Assembly: GCA_950097015.1 (NCBI GenBank)
Contig: CATNEN010000003.1
Location: 6,882,001 to 6,946,000, forward strand
DNA: 64,000 nt
Source of the DNA: Macrostomum hystrix
Lineage: Eukaryota; Animalia; Platyhelminthes
Reading direction: 5' to 3'
Shown here: positions 13,020 through 25,503 of the stretch, piece by piece
How the letters are laid out: the number at the start of each line of letters is the position of its first letter
Position numbering within the stretch: the first letter of the stretch is position 1
Translations under genes and position numbers: made by a program
Notes under the pieces: generated by a model
Databases searched by the model: none
What the model was told of the DNA's origin: nothing
What the model saw: the letters and a program-made list of their open reading frames with translations, nothing else

Positions 13020-15462
13020 TTACACAAATTGGTTGGGCAGGTGATTGTCTCCGGAACAATACGTAAGGTTGGCGCCAACAGAACTGTTTGGTGGCTGCAA
13101 AAAACACATCTGACGCCACAACACAGGTAGATAGGAGTCCTGATATACCCGGAGAAAAGAAGCACCAGCTAGGACTAGAAGCAGAGAAATCCAGGTGAGG
13201 CCTCTTCGAATTAGCACCGGTCGCAGCGGTGGCAGGGTCGGTTGTAGGTCGTTACTCACTTCAGAGTCACTCTCGTATGACGAGTAGATCATGGACGCGT
13301 GCCTAATCCGCTGCTGACGAAGTCGCGGAAGCAGTGGTGAAGTCTCTGAAGCTCCATCACGAACCGGTCCGAGAAGATTAGCTGACGAGCCAGTTCCAGT
13401 AACTCTCTGCTGAGCATCGTTCACCTGCTTCTCCCAGTTTGTGCGCAAGACAATTAGCCAGAATATCAATGTTTCACCGCTGAGACCAATTAGTAGGCCG
13501 ATCCAGTAGCCGCGAATCTCCATCCAGGTGAGCAGACTCAATGGAATACCGATAGGAATCGCAATCACATAATACGCAATCAAGTTGGCGACGGCGCCAA
13601 TCAACTGTCTACCGCTGCCCTTCAGCACGCCAGAAGCTGTCGCTGAGAGTCCATCAACGTATGGGAACGGTGCGTACACAGTCAGCAACTCTGCGGTGGC
13701 GTCTCGAACCACAGGATCGCTTGTGAACAGGCTAGCTATGAAATACTGACATGTGGAGAACACGATGCAGACAATAGTAGAAACTGTCAGAATCATTGTG
13801 ATCGCCACTCTGTAGGTGTGCTTGGCTTTGTCGATCTGCTCAGCTCCCAAGTGCTGACCAACCCGGATGTTCACGGCTATCGACATGCCCAGTGACACCA
13901 TGTAAGAGAGCACAGATGCCTGGAAGACGATGCCCTGAGCTGCCAGCTGAAGGGTGCTGATACTGCCCGCAACGAAGGTACCTATCTGTGGGTGTAAGTG
14001 TGTTCTTAATGTACTATGGAAGGAGCTCTGGAACTCTTGGAGGATGGAGAACTACATGGAGGATTTTTAAGGTTCAACGTTGCAATTGTAAGTAATACTC
14101 GTATTTTTCTCGAATTGGTAAGCGAACCTCGAAACTTAATTCCTCCATTGCGACAAGCATAAGCCCCGGCACTGCCAGCTTCACGAATCCGCCAACGTCG
14201 TACAGGGCCTCGATCGTCCAGCCGTCCCAAGTGTCTTCATACACTCCCGACACGCGAATGTACACAATGATTGTTGCACACATCACGAACAGAGATGCCG
14301 CCTGACACGCAGCGGACGCTTCGTACTGGAAACCGAGCACGTAGATTGCGATGTACTGCGACACTGCGTTGAACACGTTGCCGATGAAGGCGCAAACCAG
14401 TGGTGGATAGACCCGGTTCTGTGTCTGCAGGTACCGAGCCAGCACAAGGAATGTGTAGTCGAAGAACACACCAGGCATGAAGATCAGGATGTAGTGCGAC
14501 GTCATGTCACTGACCACCGGGTCCTGACCCAACAGCAGCAACAGTGGCTTGATGTTGAGGTGCAGGCAGTACACGGGCACCAGAAACATGTACATGACGA
14601 TGAGGCTGCGCTGCAGGTAGAGACCGACTCTCTTCTTGTACTGGCTTCCGTAGGTCTGCGCAAAGTACGTGTCACAGCCGGTGGACAAGCCCAGACCAAT
14701 GCCAAGGCCAGCCACGTTGATGAGGGTGCAGGCGAGAGCGGCGGCGTCGAGCTGTTCCTTGGACAGGTGACCGCACATGATGACGCTGATGGTCTGCAAG
14801 AACACTTGAAAGAAGCACGTCAGGAACGACGGGAGGTGCAGCTTTCCGATCTCGCGAAACTCCGCCCAATAGCCCAGAGGGAAGAAGCGCTCGCCAAATT
14901 GTCTGGCAAGTTGTCGCGCCTTCAGTCGAACAGTCGTCTTTCTTTTTATGTGGAATGGCAGCTTCAGTCTGTGTGATGAGGTTTTGAATATTTCTGATTA
15001 TAACATCGGGAGATCTTTCAATAAGTCAATCAGCATAATTATTTGGATCAGTATAGACCGGCTGTGTTAAAAAATATTAATTTAATATATTTATGTAAAG
15101 TCCTCAGGTTTTTTGGGTATCTGTTGGCAAGCATGCTTTGAGCAGGTTGAAGATGTTTATGAAATACTCTCTGATTCATGTTATTTATACCCTCTCACGA
15201 TTTCAACGTTGCCCCTTTCAACGCTTTCGAATTTGTTTGAAAAATGCGCTCCTAAGAGTCCCATATAAAAAAGTGTGAGAACTGCTTGAACTCACTCCTT
15301 AGTGCTCGTCTGTGCCTCCGTCGATCCCAACGTTCCTGTAAAGGTAATCTTCCAAGCAACCGTAGCCGAGGCGTGGTTGCTAACCTGGCCGACAGGTAGT
15401 TGGTTGGTGCTACGAGCAAAGCTCAGCTGGACGCCACTGCTGGTGCAAGCGGTTGCAGGCAT
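13020..15462 (-). CDS. SLC47A: MATE-family transporter, copy 2 (~657 aa), tandem paralog
   Basis: Exons 15462-15296, 14968-14128 and 13985-13020 with the same intron phases and motifs as copy 1. TATA-like TATTTAAA on the minus strand at ~15507-15514. Confidence 0.93.
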
Positions 15463-16009
15463 TGCTAATCTGTATTGCTGTTAGGTTTTAGTGTGGGTGC
15501 GGCCCCTTTAAATAGTGTTATTAACTATCTGTTTGTCGATAAAATGAAGGCACTAATTTCAATAAAGATAGATAATGAAATGCACATTTTATGCTCTACG
15601 GCTCGTATACATGAAGGAAAATTATGATACGTCATGCGGCTGAGATTTTCCACTTGGAAATGAAAGCCTTACGCGACAGTTACATAATGTAATATTGTGG
15701 AACAAGTCTAAACTAATTAATGTACATGCATAGCATATCCTATATACACTCATGCAAGTGTACAAATTCAGATTTTATCGGTAAATGGGTCGACTAAATA
15801 AAACACATTCATGATATTGGAAGATCTACAACGCATGTTGAAATGTAGCATTATGCCTGTGTATGCATGTTTTGTAACTCGATAACCTTAACGGCGAAAC
15901 AATGTATGTTTATATTGTATTACATAACTCATTTTTTGAAATGCTCATAATACATCATTATCGGAAAAGCGAGACAATGTCTTCCATGGAAAATTTCTAT
16001 CTCTATATA

Positions 16010-16623
16010 TACTCAGCATCAGCTAAACCCCCCCCAACTCACGCTGTCACACGGCCCAAAAGTTTTGTATGCCATCGGTGACTCAGAAATGTGTGAAGGC
16101 TGCCACCGCCAGACGCGAGCGCAAAGTACGGCATGGGGGATTTGGGGAGGGGGGTGGCGCTATGCTAGACCTATATGCAGAGCTGCTACAGCAGCAGTTT
16201 CTGCCATTTGCTACGACAACCGGCCCGCAGAACTGCATGCTTCAAGACGATAACGCTGCGCCACATCGAGCAGCACACGTGCAGCTGCTGAAGGAGCAGC
16301 TCGGCATTCGCACATTGAACTGGCCGTCAAAGTCTCCAGACATGAACCCCATCGAGCATGTCTGGGACTTTGTAAAGCGAAGAGTTCAGCAGGATGCCCC
16401 ACAGAATGCTGAACAGTTGCGACTGGCGGTGCTGAATGCCTGGCAGCAGCTGCCCCAAGAGTTCATCTACCGGCTGGTGATCAGGATGCCACGACGAGTC
16501 ACGGCACTTTTGCATGCTCGTGGTTCCTACACTGCACGATACTGAGACTAGAATTAAAGACATTGCTTAACTTCTGTGCTCGTGTGACAGCGTGAGTTGG
16601 GGGGTTTTAGCTGTTGCTGAGTA
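16010..16623 (+). mobile_element. Internally deleted Tc1-like (DD34E) transposon
   Basis: ~43-bp TIRs TACTCAGCAWCAGCTAAA(C)nAACTCACGCTGTCACACG with TA on both flanks. ORF 16069-16545 has LQDDNAAPHRA and WPSKSPDMNPIEHVW. Confidence 0.94.
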
Positions 16624-16729
16624 TACCTTAGTGCGTCCAAAAAGTTCTTAGACATCCAAAGGTATAACACCTTAACGGTGCTGGCGGTGATTCGTTTATT
16701 TTAAGCATCTAGATGACTATAAGTTTGTA

Positions 16730-16985
16730 ACCATATTGTGGTTAGAGCGTCGGATTAACGTCTTGAAGGTCGGGAGTTCGACACAATTTGTGTTTCAGCT
16801 GACTTGCAATGCACTTGACTCTGCATTGCTTCTGTTAAATGGGTAACCGCATTAGTTGGGGTAATTGTGGGTGGGTGTGCCGTCCCCACAGTCCATGGAC
16901 TGAACAGCCGTATACACAGCCTTCAGATGCGCCGCGCAATAGCTGCGGCTGCGTGCTGTCGTGCTTATCTGGTCCTATTGAGGCA
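16730..16985 (+). mobile_element. SINE family 1, diverged copy
   Basis: Aligns to the reverse complement of 4359-4663 (CAGTCCATGGACTGAACAGC...CAGCCTTCAGATGCGCCGCGC). Confidence 0.82.
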
Positions 16986-17847
16986 GTTTCGAAGGAGTGA
17001 TATTGCAGCTGAAAAGTTTCTATTGAGGGGCGTGCTGTTATATGCAGCCTTCTTATCATTTAAATATAACGATTTTCATGAGTGTGCTGTCTTCATTTTA
17101 CTCATTATAGTTACTATCTTGCTCGGACCTACTTTAGTGTTTTCGTATTGTGAACATACATTTACGAAACATTTGCCACTGATTAGCTAGGTCCATAATA
17201 CTTCACTGCTCTTTGTTTCACTTCCCATGTAGAGGCATTCTAGAGAAATTCACCAGGCTTTGGCCAGCCGAAAGTAAACATGCACTATCAAACTTATGAT
17301 AATGATAAGACCAAGAGCTGTCGATTAACAATCAAGTGCAAAAGTTGAATGCTTTTGCTAAATGCCACGGCAAAATAAAAAGTTTAGGAGGTGAACTTTG
17401 ATATATCACTTTATTTTGGTCTTGGTACGAGTACATGTTATTGTTATCATGCAATATGATCAGTACTATGATTTAATTCCTGGTATTTATCTATTTTAAA
17501 AAAGATGCCAAAAATTGACGATTGTACATTAATTTTATAACCTTTCATTTGAACATCACACAAATTTACTCCAAAACAGGCCATCTGATGGCAAGCTAAT
17601 AAATTAAATCGCATTACAATTTACAAGTAGGAAAGTTGCCTTCAAATTCTGTACGCTTACGCCTGTCGCGACAGGGAAGGCATTTGTAAATTTAAAAAAC
17701 TGATGTGCACCCACTTAAAACATTGGCTTGGGCCTTGGAAGGGTTTGTCTGCCCCTGTCTGTCCCGATTCCTGACCTCGGATCGATAAGCACCCTGGGAA
17801 TAAGGGCTGTGAGGGTGTGAGAAAATGGAGGGAGGCCGTTATCTAAA

Positions 17848-17920
17848 GCCACACCCCCAAATGAAAACCATTTACAGGCACCAGCCAATCAGGAGTGACC
17901 AACCCACACAGTCATAAAAC
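17848..17920 (+). promoter_or_regulatory. Putative core promoter of the CDK inhibitor gene
   Basis: CCACACCC box, AGCCAATCAG CCAAT box and TATA-like CATAAAA in canonical order 200-280 bp upstream of ATG 18130. Motif evidence only. Confidence 0.35.
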
Positions 17921-18129
17921 CCCCTACGCTTGTTTTGGTGCAGGCGTTGCACTTATACTTATCGGTTTGTTTTTTATTACCCTATTGAACCGTTAAATTA
18001 ATTGAAATTCATCCGTCTAGCCTGAATTTTTTAAACTTGAGTCGGAGCTTCCTAAGTAAACAAATTTGCTAACGTCTTCAACTGTTCGGTCAGTGGAGTT
18101 GCTACTCGTCTACGAGTTATTGCTAAAAA

Positions 18130-21100
18130 ATGACCACTCCGAATCGTGTCACAAGTTCAGCAGTTCGACGCCTGGTTTTTACACCGATATTAAGCCAATC
18201 ATCCTCATCCTGCACAAGGAATTCACTTGAAGAGAAGCTTGCCTTGGCAATACAGTCGGATCAGCAACGTCTCGAGACATACTTAGCGAAGCTAAACCTG
18301 GTTTCGATTCCTATGGAATCTCTTAAATCGCCAGAAAAAAGCTGGCAGTCCCTGCCTGAATTCTATTGGAAGTGTTCCGCTAAGTGCCGAGATGCAGGTT
18401 CAAGTGTTTTATGCAAATCGTCTGCACCCAATTTGAAGCGCCGGCCACTTGCGCAACTCAAAATAACAGGTATACTTAAGTTGAACGGTTGCAGCAAGTA
18501 GAAGCATCAGCAAATTCGTAAGAAAACTTGACAATGAACTTTTTGCTCTCTCTCCATTCGTAGACATGTTCCCGAAGAAAAAGGTCCGGACAGAAGCAAA
18601 GCTAAAACCCGAAGGCCGAAAAAACAAGCTTAAAGATGCCTTGGCTGCGGCAGCTGAACATTCTGGTGAGTATTTTTCTCGGTGATATTAAAATATTAGA
18701 CACTTTGCCAACAACACGATCGCATTCAGATACCAACCACTAAGTGTATTTTGTAGTCTCCCCACATTCTCATCTACTTCAGTCTCCCCACACCATCATA
18801 AAATTCAGTCTCCCCACACCATCATCTATGTCAGTCTCCCCACACCATCATAAAATTCAGCCTCCCCACACCCACATCTTATTCAGTCTCCCCATACCCT
18901 CATCTACTTCAGTCTCCCCACACCATCATAAAATTCAGTCTCCCCACACCATCATCTATGTCAGTCTCCCCACACCATCATAAAATTCAGCCTCCCCACA
19001 CCCACATCTTATTCAGTCTCCCCATACCCTCATCTACTTCAGTCTCCCCACACCATCATAAAATTCAGTCTCCCCACACCCACATCTTAGTCAGTCTCCC
19101 CACACCATCATCTAATGTCAGTCTCCCCACACCATCATAAAATTCAGCCTCCCCACACCCACATCTTATTCAGTCTCCCCATACCCTCATCTACTTCAGT
19201 CTCCCCACACCATCATAAAATTCAGTCTCCCCACACCATCATCTATGTCAGTCTCCCCACACCATCATAAAATTCAGCCTCCCCACACCCACATCTTATT
19301 CAGTCTCCCCATACCCTCATCTACTTCAGTCTCCCCACACCATCATAAAATTCAGTCTCCCCACACCATCATCTACTTCAGTCTCCCCACACCCACATCT
19401 TATTCAGTCTCCCCACACCCACATCTTATTCAGTCTCCCCATACCCTCATCTACTTCAGTCTCCCCACACCATCATCTAATTCAGTCTCCCCACACCCAC
19501 ATCTTATTCAGTCTCCCCATACCCTCATCTACTTCAGTCTCCCCACACCATCATAAAATTCAGTCTCCCCACACCATCATCTATGTCAGTCTCCCCACAC
19601 CATCATAAAATTCAGTCTCCCCACACCATCATCTACTTCAGTCTCCTCACACCATCATCTAATTCAGTCTCCCCACACCCTCATCTAATTCAGTCTCCCC
19701 ACACCCTCATCTAATTCAGTCTCCCCACACCATCATCTATGTCAGTCTCCCCACACCATCATAAAATTCAGTCTCCCCACACCATCATCTACTTCAGTCT
19801 CCTCACACCATCATAAAATTCAGTCTCCCCACACCATCATCTACTTCAGTCTCCTCACACCATCATCTAATTCAGTCTCCCCACACCATCATCTACTTCA
19901 GTCTCCTCACACCATCATCTACTTCAGTCTCCTCACACCATCATCTAATTCAGTCTCCCCACACCATCATAAAATTCAGTCTCCCCACACCCTCATCTAA
20001 TTCAGTCTCCACATACCCTCATCTACTTCAGTCTCCCCACACCATCATCTACTTCAGTCTCCACACACCATCATCTACTTCAGTCTCCACACACCATCAT
20101 CTAATTCAGTCTCCACACACCATCATCTAATTCAGTCTCCCCACACCATCATCTACTTCAGTCTCCACACACCATCATCTAATTCAGTCTCCCCACACCA
20201 TCATCTAATTCAGTCTCCCCACACCATAATCTAATTCAGTCTCCCCACACCATCATCTAATTCAGTCTCCACACACCATCATCTACTTCAGTCTCCACAC
20301 ACCATCATCTAATTCAGTCTCCCCACACCATCATCTACTTCAGTCTCCACACACCATCATCAAATTCAGTCTCCACACACCATCATCTAATTCAGTCTCC
20401 CCACACCATCATCTACTTCAGTCTCCACACACCATCATCTAATTCAGTCTCCCCACACCATCATCTAATTCAGTCTCCCCACACCATCATCTAATTCAGT
20501 CTCCCCACACCCTCATCTAATTCAGTCTCCCCACACCCTCATCTAATTCAGTCTCCACATACCCTCATCTACTTCAGTCTCCCCACACCATCATAAAATT
20601 CAGTCTCCACACACCATCATCTACTTCAGTCTCCACACACCCTCATCTAATTCAGTCTCCACACACCATCATCTACTTCAGTCTCCACACACCATCATCT
20701 AATTCAGTCTCCACACACCATCATCTAATTCAGTCTCCCCACACCCTCATCTAATTCAGTCTCCACATACCCTCATCTACTTCAGTCTCCCCACACCATC
20801 ATAAAATTCAGTCTCCACACACCATCATCTACTTCAGTCTCCACACACCATCATCTAATTCAGTCTCCCCACACCATCATCTAATTCAGTCTCCACACAC
20901 CATCATCTAATTCAGTCTCCACACACCATCATCTAATTCAGTCTCCCCACACCATCATCTAATTCAGTCTCCACACACCATCATCTAATTCAGTCTCCAC
21001 ACACCATCATCTAATTCAGTCTCCCCACACCATCATCTACTTCAGTCTCCACACACCATCATCTAATTCAGTCTCCCCACACCATAATCTAATTCAGTCT

Positions 21101-21628
21101 CCCCACACCATCATCTAATTCAGTCTCCACACACCATCATCTACTTCAGTCTCCACACACCATCATCTAATTCAGTCTTCACACACCATCATCTAATTCA
21201 GTCTCCACACACCATCATCTAATTCAGTCTCCACACACCATCATCTAATTCAGTCTCCACACACCATCATCTAATTCAGTCTCCACACACCATCATCTAA
21301 TTCAGTCTCCCCACACCATCATCTAATTCAGTCTCCCCACACCATCATCTAATTCAGTCTCCCCACACCCTCATCTAATTCAGTCTCCCCACACCATCAT
21401 CTACTTCAGTCTCCGAAAGTAGTTCCTAATGAATATATTGCTTATTTGATATTATCAGCTCTTCAGCTCTTACCTTTTTCACTCGCAGAGACTAAGAAGA
21501 AAGCTCGTCTAGAGGCTCAGTCTGATTGGCTGTCGCAGCCTGATCGCTGTGAGAAGCTGATTAAAGCTTCAACTATTTGCATCGCTCCAGCTAGCAATGT
21601 GGCATTAAAGCCGGGTGTATCAGTTTGA
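18130..21628 (+). CDS. CIP/KIP-family cyclin-dependent kinase inhibitor (p21/p27/Dacapo-like, ~193 aa)
   Basis: Exons 18130-18469, 18564-18665 and 21489-21628 (two phase-1 GT-AG introns). Cyclin-binding RRLVF, p27-like SLPEFY, and a PIP degron QLKITDMFPKKK formed across the first splice junction. Confidence 0.78.
18765..21415. repeat. 26-bp minisatellite (TTCAGTCTCCCCACACCATCATCTAM)n filling CKI intron 2
   Basis: About 100 units. The 5' part has ~130-bp higher-order periodicity of variants, and variant types change along the array. Confidence 0.97.
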
Positions 21629-22144
21629 TTAAACATTGATGCGTTTAGCATTCACGATACATAAGTTACTGTTCGGTTTTTGTTTTCGTTTCGTATTTTT
21701 TCTAAGTTGTCAGCAATGTAAAGAATATTTTTCAATTGTACATATATTTTTCTTTCCGCTTATAGTTGTCATAATAATGTTTTTTTTCAGTCTTTTTTGT
21801 TATCTGCATTGTTAAAAAATGGCTGCATGTTGCTCTTGCTTTAAAATTTTACAAATACAAAAAATAATATGAACTATTTGTTTATTTACTTTATGCAATC
21901 GTTCGCTTTTATGTTGCTTTCTTTGTTTATAAACTGTATAGCTAAGAACTATCATGAAAGTTATCACACGCTAAAATCTTAGTGGTATGATTGTCATATT
22001 CGCGGACGATTGTCAGTGATTGTCATGCAGTGAATATCTGTGATGGTCTGTGATAAAGAATGAGTTTCTCAGCTGTTTTAGAGGCTTTATTGTCAACCTG
22101 GTTATACTAAATCTTAAAATCCTAAGTTAAATTATTATAGTTGT

Positions 22145-22402
22145 AATAATTGATTACACCTGCCCAAATTGTGTCAGATGTGCAGCCGACAGCACAGCCG
22201 CAGCTAATTCGCGGCGCATCTGAAGGCTGCGAACAGCTGTTCAGTCCATGGACTGGGGGGACGCCACACCCACCCTCAATTATCCCAGCTGATGCTGGTA
22301 CTCTTTTAAGAGCTGGGTGAACTGAAGCAATGCAGAGTTAAGTGTCTTGCTAAAGGACACAAATTGTTCCACTGGAGTCGGGAATCGAACCCCAAACTTC
22401 AA
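22145..22402 (-). mobile_element. SINE family 1, 5'-truncated copy
   Basis: Near-identical to 4375-4630; keeps the B box, lacks the A box. Confidence 0.88.
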
Positions 22403-22762
22403 TCATCAATGCTGTTTACAATGGCGAGATCGCATTAAAAAAATAGTCATTCTATTTGTGTATCTAGCAGTAAAAGGAACTTAAAAAAACGAGAAAGTTT
22501 ACGCTTTATATAATTTTAGTACACAATGGTGGTACAGAACAGTAGTCATAAGTTATTAATTGTTACAACAAAATGGTACTTACAACTGTTCAGAAAGCAA
22601 AGAAAACGTTTTGTGTACCAATTAATTGTACCAAATCTTTATAGACATCATAAACTATTGTTGGCTTTAGTTTTTACTGTAAAACTCTACCATCAAAGTA
22701 CATTTTTGGGTCAACCGAAACAGGCAGTTTGTTGCATAAACACAATTATTCAATATTTATTT

Positions 22763-24339
22763 TCACTTCTTCTTCTTTGCAGCCGCCTGTACATGCTGCT
22801 TCGTCGCTGCGTCGACTGCCGCCTTGCCGATTTCATCCTCGGACTGCTGTAGTTTAGTTGACACATTCGACTGCAGTTGTTGAATTTCAGCAGCCAGACG
22901 GTCGCGAATTAGGCGCTGTAGTGCTCGGACAGAATCGGTCTCTGAGTCGAACTGGAGGTTGTCGTTGGCATTGGAGTCTTGTGGTTCCGCTACTTTTGTT
23001 GCTGGCTCATCAGAATGTGCCGCCTGTGTTGGGTCTGACAATGTTAAAAGTGCGAACGGGTCAGGAAATTAAATCAGAAATTGAATTGCTTCTAAGGTTT
23101 TTTTTCAATGATTTAAATACGCTCGAAATAATACTGATTGTAGCTCAGCTAGTGGTGTATGTACTAAAAATCAATACAATTCAATGGTACGAGTACGAGC
23201 GTAGTTTCATTATCTACAATGTATGAATTTTATGAAAAAATCTATTTATTTAAGCATTTACTATGTATAAAACTTAAATAAAAAAGTATGATCGGATAAA
23301 ATGTTTTTTCAAGCAACAATTTTAACTTTACAAGAACTATCAAAACCATAATATTGTAAAAATCATTAGGACAATTCGAGCAAACGCCTATTTAACGCAG
23401 TATTGTCACCCAGTGTATTTTTTGCATTAAAAACACAACAAAAAATGTTAAAAGTCGTAGCTTTATGAAACTTCTATTTCTATTTGTATATAACTATAAT
23501 AATGCACCACTTATTATCCAGGAGTAAGAGTGTTGACTACAAAATTTTATCTTAAAAGATGACATTAAAATTACTCTATTTCTATTGTATTAGAATAGAT
23601 TGGATAATTAATTAGATAACTACGAGCGTAGATTTAAAGAGAAATAAAAGGATTATAACATTTTTGCTGTATTGACATATGTGTATTTTAAAGTCTTACC
23701 ATTTAGTGGAGCGGCATTTTCATCTTCTAGAACTTCAGTTCTCGCAGAGTCATCGCCAATTGCATCAGCGAACGTACTTCGACTATCTCTGCCAGAATTT
23801 CTGGATGATTTCGGGAAAGCTGTATAGTTTATGGTCAAGTTAAGCTCCACTTGTGGGTTGAAAACGAACTTGTACATCTTGAAATGACGAAAGTAGCTGT
23901 CGATTAAATAGCTTGAGACGAGTGTTGCTTCTTGTGGACTGAAAATTGCCACACTAAAGGGAGGTCGATGCACTGAGTGACAGAGAATCAAGTCTTTGAG
24001 AAAGTCGAGAGTCTCCCTGATATTGTTGAACGGTGTTTCAATAGCCATCTCGTGAATTTGCTTTAGAATGGACAGAAAGCTAGATGTTTTCTCGCTATTG
24101 AAATGATTTTCTTTGCAAAACTGGACTGCATAATAAAACATGTCTAAGACGATTGTGCTCTTTCCATCAGAATAGTCTCCAATACCAAAGGTTTCCTTAA
24201 GAAATGTTCTGGTGTCTTCAACAGAGGCCAATCGCAGTACATGGTCAGTCTCCGCCACACCTATGTCTCTCCATACTGACGCTTTAGCCTTCCTTGATCG
24301 TGGAAGAGGTATTATAGGAATGACTTCTCCATCCGCCAT
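22763..24339 (-). CDS. CFAP119: Cilia- and flagella-associated protein 119 / CCDC189-like (~303 aa)
   Basis: Exons 24339-23700 and 23034-22763 (phase 1). Family motifs ETPFNNI, LCHSVHRPPFSVAIFS and YFRHFKMYKFVFNPQV, then a C-terminal coiled coil. Confidence 0.87.
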
Positions 24340-25503
24340 TGTTACGATTGTTACGAAATGTAGGCTTGATTGGTAATTTCAAAGTTACGGCGTGGATTTT
24401 GCAAGCAAATAAGAGCAAAACCAGGACAATAAAAATGTTTTTCTCGTGGTCATGTTAAAAAATAAAGCATAGCAATCGTGAGCTAGTAAAGTATCTATAA
24501 TTGACTGTTGTGGCACTGTGTAAATAAAAAACTAAAGCTTTTAGAGGCAGAACTATGGTATAAATATTATCAAAATATGTGAAAACGTGCAATTTGTTAT
24601 AATGTTTATTTTCCGGCTTTACACCAACTCGATTGGTTTATTTTGTTTGTGACCGAGACCTCATAATTATGCTTACAAATTCACACAAAGGCCAAAATTA
24701 ATTTTTTAATAAGGCAGTCATCCCGATCCGCACTTCTGAGACTGTTTTCAAATGTTTTTATTCATTTTATTACAGTATAGTGCTTGTTTATGGTGTACTC
24801 AGAGTACGGAATTGTCCTTTAATTTCTTATAATGAAAACGTCCTTCTTTCGGCAGATTTTAAGCTTCCTTCTAAACGACCGATGCAAAAATATAAAACGA
24901 AAGCCTGATAGACAATATAGCTTGAAGATTTTTTAGTCGATGAAACTATATACTCGTATATATATTAATGCACTTGGACTGATATGGGCACAAATAATGC
25001 AATGACAGATCTTTTTCAAAACATTGTATTTGCAGTTTATTGTACATGCACATGTGATATATTGTTCGTTGAGAGACAGTATGCTTAAAATAAGTAAAGT
25101 GCAAAATTAGCATTCTTCCACCAATAACATTTGTGCAATTATTGAATTTTAAAAGTAGATTTTGTGGCGCCATTTAAGTATAGTTTCAATTACGAGTGAA
25201 GATAATATAATTTAGCTCGTACGTAGCATAGAATATTACGGTTAACATTTAAATGTTTCGCAAAGCAGCCTGGATAACATTAATAATTACCGAAAGTAAC
25301 TGAAACAATCGATTAATTCACACAGTCGAGTCTAAGAAAAGTATATTCGATTCCATTTGAGATTGCAGTTTAATGTACGAGCGTATTACTCAGCTGCGAG
25401 ATGAACTAACTACATGAACGCACTCTAGCTTTGAAAATTATCAGGAACTTTATAGCTTCTAAGCTTGCTCTGCAAATAAGTTTCATACTCGCTCCAATGA
25501 GCA

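Noticed and set aside
10974-14976. Plus-strand ORFs repeated in both MATE copies
   Set aside because: Antisense shadows of GC-rich coding exons.
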